A program made the position numbers and the translations under genes. A stretch of DNA of 64,000 nt from an uncultured Bdellovibrionales bacterium (GTDB lineage Bacteria > Patescibacteriota > Minisyncoccia > Moranbacterales > UBA1568), in the NCBI GenBank assembly GCA_964580285.1, contig CAZOKB010000002.1:34770-98769 (forward strand). The letters run 5' to 3'. The stretch's first letter is position 1; every line of letters begins with the position of its first letter. Below, piece after piece: positions 1-9,991 of this stretch. Below the pieces are notes generated by a model. That model was not told the DNA's origin. It worked only from the letters and a program-made list of their open reading frames with translations, and did not search any database.

Positions 1-173
1 ATATGGTTAAATCAAAATCAGGGCGCATCTTTGCGCTTAAGAACCATGATGAGTGTTCGGTTGATATTACAAAAATCCTGAGTGATTTGGAAGATTTAGT
101 AAAAACAAGTGTAGAGCAAGATCGGCTTCGAGAAAGAATAAAGAAGGTATTTCCTTCGTTGAAAAAATAAGCA

Positions 174-1385
174 GTGGCTATGATTTCTTTGCGATCCATT
201 GTACGAGGAAATCATTTTTGGATATCGATTCGATATGCCATTCTTTCGCTATCTGGTTTTTTGATTTCTATTGTTTTTGCTAGGTTAGGGGATAAAGAGA
301 TGTATGGATCGTACCAGTATGTATTCTCCCTAGTCTCTCTTGTTTCGGTTTTTTCTATTCCTGGAATTTCTCTTTCTGCATTACGCAGTGTGGCTTACGG
401 GAACACCGGAGCTGTTTCGCGGGCTGTTAAAACGAGTATTCTCTTTTCGTTTATTGGTTCAATAGTATTAGTACTCGTTGCTCTTTTTCAGTATTCAAAA
501 GGGATGATGGTACTAGGAACTTCTTTTCTGATCACCGCTTCTTTCTTTCCGTTTTTTTATGGCTTTACTCCCTGGTACACCTTTTATGAAGGAAGGAAAA
601 ACTTTCAACCCGTTGTTTTGCGTTCCATCTTTCTTTCCGTTGCCTGGTTAGTATTACTCCCTATATTGCTTCTTTTAAAAGCCTCTCTCCCTGTTCTTAT
701 TTTTTCTTACTTTCTTCTCTCTTCCCTTTTGCTTGCTTGCTTTTTTTTCGAGGGGAAAAGGAAGCACTCTTCTGAAGGAAGGGAGAGTCTTTCTTTGTGG
801 TATGCTTTTATTGTAACGGGTCAAAAGTTTATTTTAAACATGACAGAAAACCTCCCGGTCTTATTAATCGGGTCTTTTTTTGGGTACTCAACGGTTGCTC
901 TTTTTCAGGTTTCGTATTTTCCTTTGTCAGCATTCGCAGCTTATTTTGGGGCACTTATTGCTACCAAGTTACCTGATTTTTTTCTTGGGAACGAACAAGG
1001 GGAGCAGAAGGATCGTGCCGTGTTCTTGCAGAGCTTGTTTAGTGGAATTTGTGCGAGTTTTTTTGTCGCTTTTTTCCTCACCTTCTTTTTCCGGATTTTT
1101 TATGGAGAAGATTATTCTGATTCACTGAAAATGGCATGGCTTCTTTTGCCTATGGTGCTACTTTTCCCACTAAAGACTTATTTATTGAATTATTTTACCG
1201 CAAAAGATAGAAATTTTTCTATTATGAAAATTATTGCTTTTGCCAATATTATTTCAACCCTTTTGTTTATTGGGCTTGGGAAAGCAGGGTATTCGTATCT
1301 GTTCATTATTCCTTTGTATATGTATGTGCTAAATGGAATAACTACTTTTTCATTGGCTGTTTTTTATAGCTATAGAAAGAAGTAA
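174..1385 (+). CDS. MOP-superfamily polysaccharide/oligosaccharide flippase (Wzx-like) membrane protein
   Basis: 403 aa, ~12 predicted TM helices, hydrophobic composition typical of Wzx/MATE-like flippases; first gene of a + strand glycan operon. Confidence 0.65.
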   Translation: MAMISLRSIVRGNHFWISIRYAILSLSGFLISIVFARLGDKEMYGSYQYVFSLVSLVSVFSIPGISLSALRSVAYGNTGAVSRAVKTSILFSFIGSIVLVLVALFQYSKGMMVLGTSFLITASFFPFFYGFTPWYTFYEGRKNFQPVVLRSIFLSVAWLVLLPILLLLKASLPVLIFSYFLLSSLLLACFFFEGKRKHSSEGRESLSLWYAFIVTGQKFILNMTENLPVLLIGSFFGYSTVALFQVSYFPLSAFAAYFGALIATKLPDFFLGNEQGEQKDRAVFLQSLFSGICASFFVAFFLTFFFRIFYGEDYSDSLKMAWLLLPMVLLFPLKTYLLNYFTAKDRNFSIMKIIAFANIISTLLFIGLGKAGYSYLFIIPLYMYVLNGITTFSLAVFYSYRKK

Positions 1386-1482
1386 ATCAATTAAGTCCGA
1401 ATAGAGATAGAGAAAATTGTATCAATGAAACAAAAAGAGTATAATAAAATGGCTTATTTATAGGAAAAAAATAATTTTTTTT

Positions 1483-2421
1483 ATGGAAAATACTGTTCAA
1501 TTAGAAACTATTCCTTGTCCGTTGTGTGCTTCTACTGCTTTTGCGGTTGTATATCCTGGAAATTTTCCTAACGAGCTTTCTCAGGAGTTTTTGACGAAGG
1601 TGTATTGTTCTTCGAGTGATCAGACGATTTTTGAGCAAGTGGTTCGTTGCAATAAGTGCGAATTGGTTTATTTAAATCCAAGACTTCATTCAGATGTTAT
1701 TGTTGATTCTTACGCACAGGGAGAGGATGCAACATTTGTTGAACAGGATCTGATGCGAATCAGAACTTTTGTCGCTGCCCTTCAATGGCTGCGAAGAAAA
1801 TATCGCTTACGTTTTTCTAAAGAGACGAAAGTACTGGATATTGGATGTGCTGGCGGTGCTTTTTTGCGAGCTGCACAGAGTTTGGGTTTGTCGGCAGTTG
1901 GAGTAGAGCCGAGTAAGTGGCTTGGTGAATACGCAAGATCTAAGCATGGTCTCGAGGTGTATACTGGCACCTTATTTGATCATCCTTTTCCTGAAGCTAG
2001 CTTTGATGTAGTAACCCTCTGGGATGTGATTGAGCATGTGCCGGATCCGAGTTCTGAATTAAAAGAAGTGTATCGAATTTTGAAGCCTGAAGGATTGCTT
2101 GTAGTTAATTATCCTGATTTTGGAAGCTTAGCGTCCATGATAATGGGAAAGAAATGGCCATTTCTTTTAAGTGTGCATCTGGTGTATTACACTCGCAAGA
2201 CAATACGACGACAGCTAGCAAAGGCAGGTTTTAGAGTTTCTTGTATTCGTCTTCACTGGCAAACACTTGAGTTGCGCTATGTTTTGAAGCGAGCAGCTGC
2301 TTATTTTCCGTTTTTAAAATTTGTAGGAATTTTGGTTGAAAAACTTGGAATTGGTTCTTTTCCTTTGAAATACTGGATAGGACAAACTCAGGTGGTGGCA
2401 AAAAAGAAGTATGTCCAATAA
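1483..2421 (+). CDS. class I SAM-dependent methyltransferase with N-terminal Cys4 zinc-ribbon
   Basis: motif LDIGCAGGAF (SAM-binding motif I), acidic motif II (DVVTLWDVIEHV), N-terminal CPLC...CNKC. Confidence 0.8.
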   Translation: MENTVQLETIPCPLCASTAFAVVYPGNFPNELSQEFLTKVYCSSSDQTIFEQVVRCNKCELVYLNPRLHSDVIVDSYAQGEDATFVEQDLMRIRTFVAALQWLRRKYRLRFSKETKVLDIGCAGGAFLRAAQSLGLSAVGVEPSKWLGEYARSKHGLEVYTGTLFDHPFPEASFDVVTLWDVIEHVPDPSSELKEVYRILKPEGLLVVNYPDFGSLASMIMGKKWPFLLSVHLVYYTRKTIRRQLAKAGFRVSCIRLHWQTLELRYVLKRAAAYFPFLKFVGILVEKLGIGSFPLKYWIGQTQVVAKKKYVQ

Positions 2422-3082
2422 TCTTTCTGAAATTGAAGTAGTGATATTCGACATGGATGGGGTGTTGTTTCTCTCGAGTGATTGTCACGAACGGGCTTTT
2501 CGGGAAGTCTTACAAAAAATCGGTATTACGGATTTTGCCTATGCCTCTGTGGCGGGGATGCGGACAGAGGAAACAATAGAAAAGATTTTGATTGAAAATG
2601 GGAGATTAGTTTCCTTAGAAACCGTGCAAGAGCTTGCAAATGCAAAACGGAAACGAGCACTTGAATTTTTAGGGAAAGAAGGGGAAATCACCCCCCAAAG
2701 TAAAGAACTTATTGCATCTCTTCGAAAAAAATATCGGCTTGTCTTGGCTTCTTCGGCCTCTCCTCAGACTGTAGAGCTTTTTTTGCAAAAAAGCGGATAC
2801 TCAGACGCCTTTAAACTGTGTCTCAATGGGGCTATGGTAAAAGAAGCAAAGCCGTCTCCAGAGATTTATTTATTGGCTGCAAAAAGGCTTGATATAGAGC
2901 CAAAAGGGTGTATAGTAGTTGAAGATGCAATAAATGGCGTGGAGGCAGCTAAGAAGGCCGGAATGCTTGCTGTTGCTGTTTTAGGGACAGAGGTTCCCGA
3001 GAAACTCTTAGCTGCCGGAGCTGATTACCTTATCAAAAATCTTGCAGAAATAGAACCGATTTTGCTTACCAGGCCTATATGA
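2411..3082 (+). CDS. HAD-superfamily hydrolase, subfamily IA (beta-phosphoglucomutase-like phosphatase/mutase)
   Basis: N-terminal VIFDMDGVL (DxDG nucleophile motif), C-terminal VEDAINGVEAAKKAGM (HAD motif IV); 11-nt overlap with upstream gene. Confidence 0.8.
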   Translation: MSNNLSEIEVVIFDMDGVLFLSSDCHERAFREVLQKIGITDFAYASVAGMRTEETIEKILIENGRLVSLETVQELANAKRKRALEFLGKEGEITPQSKELIASLRKKYRLVLASSASPQTVELFLQKSGYSDAFKLCLNGAMVKEAKPSPEIYLLAAKRLDIEPKGCIVVEDAINGVEAAKKAGMLAVAVLGTEVPEKLLAAGADYLIKNLAEIEPILLTRPI

Positions 3083-3888
3083 AAATTCTAACATTTGAGG
3101 AAGTGCATCGTTCTTGTGGTGTAGGGCTAGACCCTTCGCTTTGGACGGTAGTAATTCCGGCTGCAGGGAAAGGAACTCGTCTTGGTTATTCTAAACCGAA
3201 AATTCTTTATCCTATAGCAGGAAAGACTATTCTTGATAGAATGATCGATCTTCTTTCTCCATTTTGTGCAAATTTTAAGTTTGTATTTTCTCCTCTCAAT
3301 GCTTCTTATGCTGCGCATATTGTGGAGGATCGATTAGGATCTCGTGGAAAATCCCTTGTTATAGAAAATTCTAAAGGTATGGCTGATTCTATTTATCGTG
3401 CCATTCCAGAAATCACAACCCCCTATACTCTTATTATTTGGGGTGATCAGCCGGCGATTTTACCGGAAACTATCCGTGCTCTTATGGAGATCAAGCAATC
3501 TTACGAAGAAACAACTTTGGTGCTTCCTCTGGTATCGCGGGAAAATCCATATGTTCATTATGAAAGTAATGAAGCTGGTTGTTTTATTCGTGTGCTTCAG
3601 AGGCGCGAAGGAGATATGATGCCGTCGATTGGAGAAAGTGACTGCGGAGTTTTTGCTTTTAATACAAAAGAGTTACAAGGAGTTTTCCGACAAGAAATTG
3701 AAAAAGGGATTTCGCTGAGTCAAGTTACGAAAGAGTGGAATTTTCTTCCTTTACTCCCTCAGTTTGATACTAATAGTGAAGCAGTAAAGGCATTGCGCTT
3801 GGATTCTTTGGAACAAACAATTGGTGTGAATGATGCTCAGGATGTTGCAATTCTTGAGAAATATTTTAATGAGTTATCCGTGAAATAA
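3079..3888 (+). CDS. nucleotidyltransferase (MobA-like / sugar- or phospho-compound NTP transferase fold)
   Basis: VVIPAAGKGTRLG glycine-rich NTP-binding loop typical of RmlA/LicC/IspD/CofC-like nucleotidyltransferases; ATGA overlap with HAD gene. Confidence 0.75.
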   Translation: MKILTFEEVHRSCGVGLDPSLWTVVIPAAGKGTRLGYSKPKILYPIAGKTILDRMIDLLSPFCANFKFVFSPLNASYAAHIVEDRLGSRGKSLVIENSKGMADSIYRAIPEITTPYTLIIWGDQPAILPETIRALMEIKQSYEETTLVLPLVSRENPYVHYESNEAGCFIRVLQRREGDMMPSIGESDCGVFAFNTKELQGVFRQEIEKGISLSQVTKEWNFLPLLPQFDTNSEAVKALRLDSLEQTIGVNDAQDVAILEKYFNELSVK

Positions 3889-3893
3889 AGAGT

Positions 3894-5951
3894 ATGCTAA
3901 AGGATGAGGGGGTAAAGTTGCGGGTAGTGATGTTCTCAGGAGGAAGGGGAACCGGTGTTCTGACAGAAGCGCTTTTGAAGTATCCAGATATAGAACTTAC
4001 ACTTCTGGTGAATACGTACGATGATGGTCTTTCTACGGGACTATTAAGGCGCTTTATTCCTGGTATGTTAGGTCCATCTGATGTACGAAAAAATATTTCT
4101 CGTTTTCTGAAAATTCGAAGCGATGCTGCTTCTCAGGCATTGCATTGGCTTATCGAATATCGTTTTCCAGAAGATATACAGACCGAGCGAGCATTGAATA
4201 TACTGAATGATTTTATCTCACTTGAGAACCGTAAAGTGATTACGGGCGAACTTTTATCTATGAGAGAAAAACTCTCTCTCGGGCAAGCTAAAAAAGCAAG
4301 TGAGTACTTAGCAGTTTTTCTTGCTTATTACACAGAACGCATTGCTGTTTCAGAATTCACTTTTCAAGATTGTTCTTTTGGAAATTTACTTTTTGCAGGA
4401 TGTTACTTGGTGAACGGAAATGATTTTAATAAAGCGATTAAAGATTTTTCTCAATTCGCAGAAATTGGTGATCGAGTATTAAATATCACAGATGGCGAAA
4501 ATCGAGTACTGGTTGCAATAAAAGAGAATGGACAGTATCTGCATGATGAAGCAAGTATTGTAGGTCCTCAGGATGCTTCTCGAATTCAAGAAATTTTCCT
4601 TTTACGAGATTATCTGGATAAAGCGACACATTCATTGAATGAATTTAAAATTGATAACGTCCGGTTTTTAAGGAATATTGAATCTCTTCCTCGAATTAGC
4701 CCAACAGCAGAAAAGGTGTTACAAGAGGCGGATATTATTATCTATGGCCCTGGGACACAATATTCATCGCTTCTTCCATCGTATCTAACTTCTGGTGTTG
4801 CGGAAATAATTCAAAAAAATACGCGTGCTGAAAAAATTTTTATCGCCAATATTGCACGTGATTATGATATTCTTGGCGAAGATGCAACTACTTTAGTGAA
4901 AGCCTTTTTGTTTAATATGAGCCGTAAGGTTGAAGGCATGGTGCGATGCCAAGATGTGGTGACCCGGTTCTTTTTTCAGAAACCTGAAGTAAACGAAAAC
5001 GAAGAAACCCCGTATGTTCCTTTTGACGCAAAGGCCTTTGAATATCCTCTAGAAAAAGTAGTATGGATTGATTGGGAGGGAGAGAAGGGTAAGCATTCTG
5101 GAAGCAAAACGATTTCTGAGCTCCTCTTGCTTGTTGAGGGTGCGCTGCAGAAGAAGGTTTCGCATGTTTCTCAAAAGGTTTCTATTATTGTTCCTGCGCT
5201 CAATGAGGAGCGGACAATAAAAAATACACTTCAAGATCTTGCTCGCTTTCAATTTTCTGGATTCTCTTTGGAAAAAGAAATTATTGTGATAGATGGTGGA
5301 TCAACAGATAAGACATACGAAATAGCGAGTGCAGAACCTACAGTAAGGGTATACCGGAGTAATGGAGGGAGAGGAAAAGCGCTTCGATTGGGGCTTGAAA
5401 AAGCAAAGGGGGATATTGCAGTTTTTTTTCCAGCAGATGCAGAATACCTTGTAGAAGATATCGCGCGAGTTGTTTCTCCGTTAGTGAGCCAAGAGTTCCC
5501 AGTAGTCTTCGGAAGTCGAGCTTTTCGTACTAATGATCTTAACGGAACACTGAAGCGGATTTACGGGAAGAAGGGATTTTTGTACTTTATCAGTAAATAT
5601 GGAGGAGTGCTTCTAAGCGTGCTGACATTAGTCATTTATCATCGTTTTGTTAGTGATCCATTGACGAGTCTTAAGGGCTTTAATTCACGTATTTTTCGTG
5701 ATCTTCAATTTACTCGTAGCGGTGTTGACTTTGATATGGAGCTTATCGCAAAAATCGCTCGGAAAAAATATGTTATTCTAGAAGTACCAGTGAGTTATAA
5801 GGCAAGAACTATCCAGGAAGGGAAAAAGATTACCGTACTTGATGGTTTGCGGTGTCTATGGACATTGCTACGTTTTTCTAGTTGGAAGCAAAAGAGAATA
5901 TCAGAAACCCAATATGCCAAAAGTATCAATCGTTATTCCAGCGTACAATGA
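3894..5951 (+). CDS. fusion protein: N-terminal CofD/YvcK (UPF0052) family domain + C-terminal family-2 glycosyltransferase
   Basis: N-term VVMFSGGRGTGVL...LTLLVNTYDDGLSTGLLRRF matches the GGxGT and DDGGSxGRLR signatures of the CofD/YvcK superfamily. C-term VSIIVPALNEERTI...IIVIDGGSTDKT...PADAEY is a canonical GT2 (DPM1-like). No Met/stop at the junction. Confidence 0.75.
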   Translation: MLKDEGVKLRVVMFSGGRGTGVLTEALLKYPDIELTLLVNTYDDGLSTGLLRRFIPGMLGPSDVRKNISRFLKIRSDAASQALHWLIEYRFPEDIQTERALNILNDFISLENRKVITGELLSMREKLSLGQAKKASEYLAVFLAYYTERIAVSEFTFQDCSFGNLLFAGCYLVNGNDFNKAIKDFSQFAEIGDRVLNITDGENRVLVAIKENGQYLHDEASIVGPQDASRIQEIFLLRDYLDKATHSLNEFKIDNVRFLRNIESLPRISPTAEKVLQEADIIIYGPGTQYSSLLPSYLTSGVAEIIQKNTRAEKIFIANIARDYDILGEDATTLVKAFLFNMSRKVEGMVRCQDVVTRFFFQKPEVNENEETPYVPFDAKAFEYPLEKVVWIDWEGEKGKHSGSKTISELLLLVEGALQKKVSHVSQKVSIIVPALNEERTIKNTLQDLARFQFSGFSLEKEIIVIDGGSTDKTYEIASAEPTVRVYRSNGGRGKALRLGLEKAKGDIAVFFPADAEYLVEDIARVVSPLVSQEFPVVFGSRAFRTNDLNGTLKRIYGKKGFLYFISKYGGVLLSVLTLVIYHRFVSDPLTSLKGFNSRIFRDLQFTRSGVDFDMELIAKIARKKYVILEVPVSYKARTIQEGKKITVLDGLRCLWTLLRFSSWKQKRISETQYAKSINRYSSVQ

Positions 5952-6654
5952 AGAAGCATTCATAGGAACGCTTCTCGAGACTATCTTACAGGTTGATCTC
6001 AAATCTATCGGTTTTGAAAGGGAAATTATTGTAGTGGATAATGGCTCAAAAGATAGAACTCATGAGATTGCGAGTGCCTTTCAGGAGGTACGTTGTCTTC
6101 ATCTAGACGTGAATCAAGGAAAGGGTGGAGGAGTGAAATATGGCGTAGCAAATGCAACTGGTGATTATATTTTGATCCAGGATGCTGATCTTGAATATAA
6201 CCCAAAGGATTATATCCCTCTCCTCAAGCCACTTTCGAAATCTCCTCAGTCCTTGTCGGTATACGGGAGTCGAATTCTTGGTGAGCTTCAAGAGGGAGGG
6301 GCGAGTTGGCTTCCCGGAAAACACAAAGATAAATCTCTAGCTACTTATATTGCTAATACCATTCTTTCTTTATGGGCGTTTTTATTATACGGGCGTTATA
6401 TGACAGACACGCTGACTGGGTATAAAGTCTATCCAGCAAAGCTTCTTCAAAATTTTAGTATTCAAACTTTTGGTTTTGAGACGGATCATGAATTAACCGC
6501 AAAATTACTTCGAAGTGGTGTCAAAATTATTGAAGTCCCGGTTTCGTATCAGCCCCGGACATTAGAAGAAGGAAAAAAAATACGTGCCATTGATTTTGTT
6601 ATTGCTCTTTGGACATTTTTAAAATTTCGATTTGTATTTAAGAAAAATTTTTAA
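5914..6654 (+). CDS. family-2 glycosyltransferase (polyprenyl-phosphate sugar synthase-like)
   Basis: MPKVSIVIPAYNEE...IIVVDNGSKDRT...DADLEYNP; start chosen at MPKV (38-nt overlap with upstream gene). Confidence 0.85.
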   Translation: MPKVSIVIPAYNEEAFIGTLLETILQVDLKSIGFEREIIVVDNGSKDRTHEIASAFQEVRCLHLDVNQGKGGGVKYGVANATGDYILIQDADLEYNPKDYIPLLKPLSKSPQSLSVYGSRILGELQEGGASWLPGKHKDKSLATYIANTILSLWAFLLYGRYMTDTLTGYKVYPAKLLQNFSIQTFGFETDHELTAKLLRSGVKIIEVPVSYQPRTLEEGKKIRAIDFVIALWTFLKFRFVFKKNF

Positions 6655-6661
6655 AAACGGG

Positions 6662-7066
6662 ATGATTAGATTGATTCTTGAAAAATTTCCATTAAAGCGC
6701 CTCATAAAATTCATTATCACAGGCGGCGTTGCATTGGCTATTGATATGGCTATCTATTTTATTTTGACCCGCTATGGAAATATCTATTATCTTTTTGGTC
6801 GGATAATTTCTTTAGGAATTGCAATTATTTGGAACTTCAGTATTAATCGTATCTGGACCTTTTCAGCTCTATCTGGAAAAGTGACGCAGCAAATGCCGCG
6901 TTTTCTGGTAGTTATTTTTTCAACGTCTCTTTTAAGTTTGATACTCATGCATATCGGAGTCTCTGTTTTTCACTTTAATGATCTCCTTGTATTGATTGTA
7001 GTTGCTGTTACCACAACACTGATTAATTTTTCTGCTCATTCATTTTGGAGCTATTCAAAATATTAA
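6662..7066 (+). CDS. GtrA-family small membrane protein
   Basis: IKFIITGGVALAIDMAIYFIL ... IAIIWNFSINRIWTF; typical GtrA topology and position directly after a GT2. Confidence 0.75.
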   Translation: MIRLILEKFPLKRLIKFIITGGVALAIDMAIYFILTRYGNIYYLFGRIISLGIAIIWNFSINRIWTFSALSGKVTQQMPRFLVVIFSTSLLSLILMHIGVSVFHFNDLLVLIVVAVTTTLINFSAHSFWSYSKY

Positions 7067-7067
7067 T

Positions 7068-8759
7068 ATGAATTTTCTTAAAACAAACTATTGGAAATTT
7101 CTTTTTTTAATCCCTTTTTTTATTCTTCTTGAATTTAGTGTTCACCCAATCACCTTTGGTCCTGATCGATGGATCCATGATTCACCAGTGCACCAACTTA
7201 ATGATCCGAAATATCTTTCAGAGGATTGGTATACCAAAATGGCAGTAGATAGTGGAGTGTATAGCTTTTATGCGAAGCTGATTCATGTTTCAGATTTTCT
7301 CCATATCAATGAAGAACGTTGGCGGCAAGTACTCTATCTTTCCTGCTTGGCTTTGATTTATTTTTCAATGATGCGAATGAGTCTTCTTTTTACCAAAAAT
7401 ATTCTTGTCATACCGATCGTAGTCTCTCTTCATGCATTTGTGATGACTTTCTATCCTCCTTATTGGATGTATGGAAAGTTTTTACAAGTTGATGGTGGAC
7501 TAGCTCCTCGATCTATCGGGGTGGCTTTTTCTTTTTTCTCGCTCTTTTTTCTTTTGAAGGGTGCTCGAATAATTCCTTGGGTTATTCTCGGCCTTTCAAC
7601 TCTCATTCATGTTTCTAATTCCTTCATCGTTTTTACGCTCTTTTTTTCTGCTTGGTTTGTATGTGAGCTTATACATAAGACGAATGGTAGTAAAAAGCTC
7701 TTTATTAAAGAACTTGTCCGTAAGTCCTTTGCTAACTTTGGCATATATATTATTTCAGGAGGATGGTTTGCTTTGTATATAGCGACACTTACCTCAGGGC
7801 CGGTTTCTTTCTCAGATAATAAGTTTATTTGGTCATGGATTTATTTCCGAGCGCCATACATGGCACTTACTGAGGTCCCAAGTTTTTTTTGGGTAGTTTT
7901 TTTCGCTCATATTGTCGGAATGTTTACGGGGTGGTTTCTTTTGAGAAGATTTAAGGAAATTACCAATAAATATCTCGTTGATATTTTAGGGTTTATTGGG
8001 GTGGGTGCGGCATTGTATTTATTTATATTTTACTTTTTTTCTATAGTTTTTCCGTGGCTTCCTGGATTCCAATTTTATTCTATTCGGATTATATATTTTA
8101 CTTATTTCTCAACCTATTTCATTTTGGCTCTTGTTGTTGTTATGCGATTCAGGTGGAGTATGAATCTTTTTCTTGATTTTGTTTCTAGGAAATATAGGTT
8201 TTCTTTGCATTATCTTTTTTATTGTGTCTTTATACTTTTTTCTCTTGTTGTGGCTGGTTATATCACCTTTACCTTGAGTCAGGAATTGGCCAAGAGAGGA
8301 CCAGACAACTTACGTATTTCTTTATATCGATTTCTTCATATTGAAGAAGCTTATCCAGAACAGAGTGTTGTTATGAGGTATCTTTATGATCATCCTCAGC
8401 CTTTCCTTTCTCCGGTAGCGGGGTGGTTAATGCCTGTTGGTTCGCCATATCTTCCGAGTGTTGTCACGGTAAAGTCATTTGGATTTACTCGAACTGGTCT
8501 CGAAGAATGGTTTGAACGATTAAACGATATTAGTAATGGCGATTTGGAACGGAGATATCAAGCACAAGAAAAATCCGGAAAATATAAGCCGGTTATCATT
8601 GATTGGCTAAAAGTGTATTCAAATCTTTCTGCTCGTGATGTTCTTTTTCTTTCAGAAAAATATCATTTCAATCTTTTCCTTGCATACAAAAATACACGCT
8701 ATCCATTTGAGGTTGTAGTAGAGGACGAGAATTATCGGCTTTACCGAGTTTCAGAATAA
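7068..8759 (+). CDS. large polytopic membrane protein (possible GT-C-type glycosyltransferase or polymerase), function unknown
   Basis: 563 aa, >12 hydrophobic segments, 1-nt spacing from gtrA-like gene. Confidence 0.55.
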   Translation: MNFLKTNYWKFLFLIPFFILLEFSVHPITFGPDRWIHDSPVHQLNDPKYLSEDWYTKMAVDSGVYSFYAKLIHVSDFLHINEERWRQVLYLSCLALIYFSMMRMSLLFTKNILVIPIVVSLHAFVMTFYPPYWMYGKFLQVDGGLAPRSIGVAFSFFSLFFLLKGARIIPWVILGLSTLIHVSNSFIVFTLFFSAWFVCELIHKTNGSKKLFIKELVRKSFANFGIYIISGGWFALYIATLTSGPVSFSDNKFIWSWIYFRAPYMALTEVPSFFWVVFFAHIVGMFTGWFLLRRFKEITNKYLVDILGFIGVGAALYLFIFYFFSIVFPWLPGFQFYSIRIIYFTYFSTYFILALVVVMRFRWSMNLFLDFVSRKYRFSLHYLFYCVFILFSLVVAGYITFTLSQELAKRGPDNLRISLYRFLHIEEAYPEQSVVMRYLYDHPQPFLSPVAGWLMPVGSPYLPSVVTVKSFGFTRTGLEEWFERLNDISNGDLERRYQAQEKSGKYKPVIIDWLKVYSNLSARDVLFLSEKYHFNLFLAYKNTRYPFEVVVEDENYRLYRVSE

Positions 8760-8772
8760 AAAAGAAATCCAA

Positions 8773-9981
8773 TTATCTCCTTTCTATTGCTTCTCGGAAT
8801 ACACCCTCAATTTTTTCTGAGATAAGAGCTTGATGGAATTTTTTACTATACAGATCAAGAGAGTTTTTTGAATGATCTTCTAGTAGCGTTGAATCTTTAA
8901 GGTATTTTTCTACAGAAGAAATAATAAAATTTTCAATTATTTTGAGTTTTCCTGTATTTTGTAGTGAAAAAAGTTTTGTGTAAAAATCCTTTGGATTGTA
9001 ATAGCGGCCAAACATTTGGTATGTTTCTGGATTGTAGTCTCTAAGTGGATTAGGGTATGTAAATCCATTTAATCCTTCCCGTACCATTTCTTTTGTAGCA
9101 TATTGATCTGTGATAATGAGAGGCATACCATACGAGAGAGCCTCGACTAAAACAAGACCAAAGCCTTCCCGGTACGTTGGAAGGAGAAGGATGTCATGAG
9201 TTTGATACATTTCTGCCATTTCTTTTTCATTTAATTTTGCGTCTTGCAATGTAAGGCCTGGCAAGGAACATAAATAATCAATATCCTCTTTTCGTAGCAT
9301 GTGGAGGGCGGTAATAATTGTGAGACTGACATTTTGGTGGGTTTGTCTGAGTTTTTCATAAGCATGAGCTACTTCCATTCCTCCCTTCATGTAGAATGTT
9401 CCAGGAAAAAGAAGTTTTAGGGTTCCATCAAAACATTTGGGTGTCGATGTCCCTGCTTCTTCTGATGGAATGGGATAAATAACTATACTTTTTTTCATTA
9501 GAATTTTTTGTGTTCTTTCCCCGTAGTTTACAGAAGCAAAAAAGCTTTTTTTTGAAGCTTCGCTTACAAAAATAAGCTGTTTGCAATTAGATCGAGTTGC
9601 AAAAAAACCGATAATCCATCTGGCGATTGGATTTTTGGCAATTCCAAGATCGTAATTGTAGAGAGCAAGTCCTGTCTCTATATAAGTACAATATGGTTTT
9701 TTAGTAAGGAGAAGGCAGCCGTATGTAAATAAAAGATCACCTCTCTTTTTAAAATAAGGTCGTATATTAGGAATGCCAAGTATGCGTCGGAGTCTGTTTT
9801 TCCAGTGTGTTTTAAATCGTAAAATTTCCTTTTCAAATGTTGGAAGCTTGTGGTAGCTTCCTCCAGTCATGGGTGGATTTGCAATGTTAAAGAAAGTAAA
9901 ATATTTGAGTTGTTTTCCGAAGTTTAATACAAATTTTCTTAGATAAGGCTGAAAAAGGATTACTTCGTATTTTTTATCCAT
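8773..9981 (-). CDS. GT4 (GT1-fold) glycosyltransferase
   Basis: C-terminal REGFGLVLVEALSYGMPLIITD (E-x7-E retaining GT motif). Confidence 0.8.
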   Translation of the reverse strand: MDKKYEVILFQPYLRKFVLNFGKQLKYFTFFNIANPPMTGGSYHKLPTFEKEILRFKTHWKNRLRRILGIPNIRPYFKKRGDLLFTYGCLLLTKKPYCTYIETGLALYNYDLGIAKNPIARWIIGFFATRSNCKQLIFVSEASKKSFFASVNYGERTQKILMKKSIVIYPIPSEEAGTSTPKCFDGTLKLLFPGTFYMKGGMEVAHAYEKLRQTHQNVSLTIITALHMLRKEDIDYLCSLPGLTLQDAKLNEKEMAEMYQTHDILLLPTYREGFGLVLVEALSYGMPLIITDQYATKEMVREGLNGFTYPNPLRDYNPETYQMFGRYYNPKDFYTKLFSLQNTGKLKIIENFIISSVEKYLKDSTLLEDHSKNSLDLYSKKFHQALISEKIEGVFREAIERR

Positions 9982-9991
9982 AAGAATATTG

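Noticed and set aside
880-1128. 82-aa ORF inside the flippase gene (and similar nested/antisense ORFs throughout the track, e.g. 22484..22672, 23097..23699, 38510..39721)
   Set aside because: They are fully embedded in or antisense to longer ORFs with clear family motifs. The long antisense ORFs in the 50% GC half are the usual shadow frames.
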